Positions 59,096-64,000 of a stretch of 64,000 nucleotides of DNA are shown one piece after another. Made by a program: the position numbers and the translations under genes. Source of the DNA: Candidatus Omnitrophota bacterium (GTDB lineage: Bacteria > Omnitrophota > Gorgyraeia > Gygaellales > Profunditerraquicolaceae). Position 1 is the stretch's first letter. Each line of letters starts with the position of its first letter. A model generated the notes under the pieces. The model had not been told where the DNA came from. It searched no databases and was given only the letters and a program-made list of their open reading frames with translations. The stretch spans positions 25,490 through 89,489 of the forward strand of contig JBAZTA010000007.1 of NCBI GenBank assembly GCA_041662125.1, in the 5' to 3' direction.

Positions 59096-59593
59096 ATGGA
59101 ACTGTTAAAGTTATTAAGCGGCAGTGAAATTGTCGCGCAGGTTTTAAGTTTTCTTCTTCTGCTTTTTGTTTTGCGTGTGTTTGCCTGGAAGAAGATTTTA
59201 GCGCTTTTAGACCAGCGTAAAGAGCGCATTGCCGCGGAATTCAGGAATATCGAAGATACTAAGCTTCAGGTCGCGCGCATCAGGGATGAATATGAGGCAA
59301 AGTTAAAGGGAATTGAAGCTGCCGCCAAGCTGCGGATCCAGGAAGCGGTCGTTGACAGCAGAAAAATCGTGGAAGATTCCAGGAAAAAAGCCCACGAGGA
59401 GGCGCAGGAAATTATTACTAATGCTCAAGCAAGCGTTAAATATGAGCTTTCAAAGGCAAAACAGGAGTTAAAGAAAGAAATTGTTGATCTGGCAATCGGC
59501 GCGGCGGAAAATGTCATACAGGAAAGACTCACGGAAGCTGAGGACAGGAAATTAGTGGAAGATTTTCTCAAACGGATGGATGATGTCGGATGA
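59096..59593 (+). CDS. atpF: F0F1 ATP synthase subunit b
   Basis: N-terminal TM segment plus a long charged helix. Operon position supports the call. Confidence 0.8.
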   Translation: MELLKLLSGSEIVAQVLSFLLLLFVLRVFAWKKILALLDQRKERIAAEFRNIEDTKLQVARIRDEYEAKLKGIEAAAKLRIQEAVVDSRKIVEDSRKKAHEEAQEIITNAQASVKYELSKAKQELKKEIVDLAIGAAENVIQERLTEAEDRKLVEDFLKRMDDVG

Positions 59594-60144
59594 GGGCTAA
59601 TTTTAAGGACAGGATAGTCGTCAATAGATACGCGGAAGCATTCTTGAGTTTTGCCAAAGATGGGGCTCTTCGCTCGCAGGCTATCGATGATTTAAAGAAC
59701 CTCAAGGCCCTTACGAATAATAACCCGGATTTCCTTGAATTTTTGCGCAGCCTGGAGATTACCCTGAGTGAAAAATACAGTTTTATTGAGGCGATTTTAG
59801 GCGATGAATTTCTGCTTGAAACAAGACAATTCTTGAAGCTGCTTTTAGAGAAAGGGCGTATTGATAAAATCACTGATATTATCGAATACGTCAGGGTGAA
59901 ATATTCGCGTGGCGGGGAAGTTGAGGCGCTCTTGAGGACATCCTATCTTTTGGATTTAGACCTTATCAGAAGTATTGAGAAGAAATTGGAAGAGAAATAC
60001 TCGCAGAAATTTAAATTTTATATTGACCTTGATTCGAGTCTGCTGGGAGGTGTGCAGATAATTATTGGAAATACCGTTATTGACGGTTCAGTACGCAGGC
60101 GCCTTGATGAGCTTCGCGAGAAGCTCATGGCGGTAAAGGTATAA
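59590..60144 (+). CDS. atpH: F0F1 ATP synthase subunit delta (OSCP)
   Basis: OSCP-like protein of 184 aa. Operon position and overlap with the atpF stop support the call. Confidence 0.8.
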   Translation: MRANFKDRIVVNRYAEAFLSFAKDGALRSQAIDDLKNLKALTNNNPDFLEFLRSLEITLSEKYSFIEAILGDEFLLETRQFLKLLLEKGRIDKITDIIEYVRVKYSRGGEVEALLRTSYLLDLDLIRSIEKKLEEKYSQKFKFYIDLDSSLLGGVQIIIGNTVIDGSVRRRLDELREKLMAVKV

Positions 60145-60145
60145 T

Positions 60146-61672
60146 ATGGCACTCAAACCGGAAGAAGTCACTTCGATCATTAAGAAAGAACTGGAGAAAT
60201 ACCGCTCTCGTTTAAGAGTCGAATCTATCGGTACGGTAATCCAGGTAGGCGACACCATCGTGCGTATTTACGGCCTTGATGATGTCATGATGGGAGAACT
60301 GGTTGAATTCTCCGACAATATCATGGGCATGGTTTTTAACCTTGAGGAAGACAGTGTCGGGGTAGTTGTTTTCGGCACCGATACTCCTGATAAAGATATT
60401 AAAGAAGGCGATATCGTTAAGCGCACCGGTAAGATCGTCCAGGTCCCAGTTGGAGAAGCGTTAGTTGGCCGCGTGGTGAATGCGCTCGGCCGGCCCATTG
60501 ACGGGAAGGGGCCGCTTGCGACGGATAAATACCGGCCGCTTGAGGCAGGAGCCCCAAATGTCGTGGCACGCCAGCCGGTGTTTGAGCCTCTGGAAACGGG
60601 GATTAAGGCGATTGATGCAATGACGCCTATTGGACGCGGCCAGCGGGAATTAATCATTGCAGACCGGCAAACCGGCAAGACCTCTATTGCGATCGATACG
60701 ATTATCAATCAGAAGGATAAGGGGGTATATTGTATCTATGTCGCTATCGGCCAGAAGCTTGCCAGTATTGTTGCTGTTGTCCAGCAGCTGGAAAAATATG
60801 GGGCGATGGCTTATACAACCGTGGTGAGCGCTTCATCTCGCGCATCAGCGTCACTGCAATATTTAGCGCCGTATGCCGGATGCGCGATCGGCGAAGAATT
60901 CATGTATTCCGGCAAACACGCGTTGGTAATTTATGATGATCTATCAAAACACGCGCAGGCATACCGTCAAATTTCACTTTTGTTGCGCCGGCCGCCGGGA
61001 AGAGAAGCGTATCCCGGTGATATCTTTTACCTTCATTCCCGGTTATTGGAACGTTCCGCGAAGCTTAATGATGAGTTAGGCGGAGGCTCTCTTACTGCAA
61101 TACCGATTATTGAAACTCAGGCAGGTGATATTACCAGTTATATTCCCACCAATGTTATCTCGATTACCGACGGACAGATCTATTTGGAGAGTGATCTTTT
61201 TTACGCCGGCATCCGCCCGGCTATCAATGTGGGGTTATCAGTATCGCGCGTCGGCGGAAAAGCCCAGGTAAAAGCAATGCGCCAGGTTGCCTCTAAGTTA
61301 CGGCTTGATCTAGCCCAATACCGGGAGCTGGTTGCTTTTACGCAGTTTGGGACTGAATTGGATAAAACCACCCAAGCGCAGTTGAACCGCGGAGAGAGGA
61401 TGGTGGAGATCTTAAAACAGGCCCAATACTCTCCGCTGCTCCTTGCAAAGCAGGTCATGATCATTTATTGCGGTACACGCGGTTTCCTCGACGATGTGCC
61501 GGTAGCCGCGATCAAAAAATTTGAGCCTGCGTTTTATCAATACATGGAACAACTGTATCCTGAGATTGGACGCCAGATCCAGGAGAAAAAAGAGTTGAAC
61601 CCAGAGGTGATCAAAGAATTAGACCAGGCGATCGAGATGTTCAAAAAAGAATTTATTGCCCAGTTAAGATGA
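60146..61672 (+). CDS. atpA: F0F1 ATP synthase subunit alpha
   Basis: P-loop GDRQTGKTS and high overall alpha-subunit similarity. Confidence 0.95.
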   Translation: MALKPEEVTSIIKKELEKYRSRLRVESIGTVIQVGDTIVRIYGLDDVMMGELVEFSDNIMGMVFNLEEDSVGVVVFGTDTPDKDIKEGDIVKRTGKIVQVPVGEALVGRVVNALGRPIDGKGPLATDKYRPLEAGAPNVVARQPVFEPLETGIKAIDAMTPIGRGQRELIIADRQTGKTSIAIDTIINQKDKGVYCIYVAIGQKLASIVAVVQQLEKYGAMAYTTVVSASSRASASLQYLAPYAGCAIGEEFMYSGKHALVIYDDLSKHAQAYRQISLLLRRPPGREAYPGDIFYLHSRLLERSAKLNDELGGGSLTAIPIIETQAGDITSYIPTNVISITDGQIYLESDLFYAGIRPAINVGLSVSRVGGKAQVKAMRQVASKLRLDLAQYRELVAFTQFGTELDKTTQAQLNRGERMVEILKQAQYSPLLLAKQVMIIYCGTRGFLDDVPVAAIKKFEPAFYQYMEQLYPEIGRQIQEKKELNPEVIKELDQAIEMFKKEFIAQLR

Positions 61673-62529
61673 TGATCCAGTCACTCAGACAAATAAAAAA
61701 CAGGATACGCGGCATTGAAAATGCCAAGAAAGTAACGGGGGCATTGGAAATGATTTCAGTGTCGAAATTAAACAGCACTAATAAAATGCTTTCTGCCTTG
61801 CGTCCGTATTTTCTAAAATTAGAAACGATGCTCAATGATCTTCTGGCGAGTATAGAAGCTCCGGAAAGCCTGTTTCTGGAGAAAAAGGCGGTTGGTAAAA
61901 AAATCTGTTTATGCGTCATTACTTCTGACAGCGGGCTCTGCGGTGTTTATAATAATAATATCATACGCGCCGCGCAAGAATTTATCCATGCGCAAGGAAA
62001 AGATACCGTTGAACTTGTTATCGTCGGAAGAAAAGGTTTTAATTATTTTAAGAATGCCCCCGGGGTCTCAATAGTCAAAAGCTATCTTGGATTAAACGGC
62101 CGGTATTCGAATAAGATATCCGATGAAATTACGCAATATCTTAGTGCTCTTTTCTCCTCGGGCAGGGTTGGAGAGGTATATAGCGCCTATACCCATTTTG
62201 AGACGGCATTATTGCATAAGCCGGTAGTAAAGAAGTTCCTTGGCATTCAGGCGCAAGGCGGAGTTAAGTCTGAGTATATTTTTGAACCAGCTCCGTCGAG
62301 AGTCCTTGATGAGGTTATTCTGCGTTATATCGCGCTCTATGGCAGGTTCATGCTCCTGGATGCGTTTGCTTCTGAGCATGCGGCACGGACTGTTGCCATG
62401 AAAACGGCAACCGATAACGCCAGGGACCTTTTAAAACAGTTGATATTGATGAGGAATAAAGTCCGGCAGGCGATGATCACGCAGGATATGCTGGAAATTA
62501 TCTCCTCTGCAGAAGCGCTGAAAGGATGA
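61669..62529 (+). CDS. atpG: F0F1 ATP synthase subunit gamma
   Basis: Gamma-subunit N-terminal and C-terminal helices ([15 protein letters not shown]...; ...[16 protein letters not shown]). Confidence 0.9.
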   Translation: MMIQSLRQIKNRIRGIENAKKVTGALEMISVSKLNSTNKMLSALRPYFLKLETMLNDLLASIEAPESLFLEKKAVGKKICLCVITSDSGLCGVYNNNIIRAAQEFIHAQGKDTVELVIVGRKGFNYFKNAPGVSIVKSYLGLNGRYSNKISDEITQYLSALFSSGRVGEVYSAYTHFETALLHKPVVKKFLGIQAQGGVKSEYIFEPAPSRVLDEVILRYIALYGRFMLLDAFASEHAARTVAMKTATDNARDLLKQLILMRNKVRQAMITQDMLEIISSAEALKG

Positions 62530-63942
<1,413 letters not shown>

Positions 63943-63954
63943 GCTAACAATACT

Positions 63955-64000
63955 ATGGAGAAACCTTTTCGTGTTACTATCTTGAATCCGGAGAAATCTA
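63955..64000 (+). CDS. atpC: F0F1 ATP synthase subunit epsilon, 3'-truncated at window edge
   Basis: ATG GAG AAA CCT TTT CGT GTT ACT ATC TTG AAT CCG gives MEKPFRVTILNPEKS. This is a typical epsilon N-terminus directly after atpD. Confidence 0.5.
   Translation, partial: MEKPFRVTILNPEKS

Overview
This 64-kb window is a gene-dense chromosomal segment of mid-40s %GC, read by eye. It shows no transposases, integrases, CRISPR arrays or rRNA.

The gene content suggests an anaerobic, probably uncultivated bacterium, but lineage cannot be assigned from sequence alone. The supporting genes are a complete Rnf complex, a class II B12-dependent ribonucleotide reductase, an archaeal-type cofactor-independent phosphoglycerate mutase, and an F-type ATPase.

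Main blocks, in order:
- 640-6763: a plus-strand chemotaxis operon, comFB-like, cheR, cheY, cheD, cheB, cheC, cheW and an MCP. No cheA lies in the window.
- 6764-7659: an unusual 0.9-kb ORF-free structured region with a consensus sigma70 promoter.
- 7660-13947: an outer-membrane beta-barrel gene, two orphan periplasmic solute-binding proteins and a second, large MCP.
- 13973-15948: a small c-di-GMP module, PilZ convergent with CheC-like and REC-GGDEF.
- 16348-27858: a glycan-utilisation-like locus with a sugar ABC transporter, two paralogous clan GH-A hydrolases flanking a secreted protein built from a tandem duplicated domain, a TPR protein and a GT-C glycosyltransferase.
- 27874-32758: initiator tRNA-fMet, ftsB-like, eno, an FtsH-like protease, a lipoprotein and purN.
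- 32755-37617: rnfC-G-D-E-A-B on the minus strand.
- 37669-42815: an MFS transporter, tRNA-Thr, a ROK regulator, a coiled-coil membrane protein and a LacI regulator.
- 43039-49374: nrdJ, apgM, mnmG and a QueG-like Fe-S protein.
- 49543-54375: pstS-C-A-B-B'-phoU.
- 54458-57600: nadE, lrp, an aminotransferase and a GAF-ANTAR regulator.
- 57612-64000: a promoter plus intrinsic terminator leader, then the atp operon, atpZ/I-like, B, E, F, H, A, G, D and the start of atpC.

The most interesting candidates are:
- the chemosensory and c-di-GMP wiring, namely ComFB inside the che operon, the SBP-SBP-MCP cluster, and the PilZ, CheC, REC-GGDEF module;
- the ORF-free structured RNA region;
- possible ANTAR-controlled antitermination in front of the ATP synthase operon.
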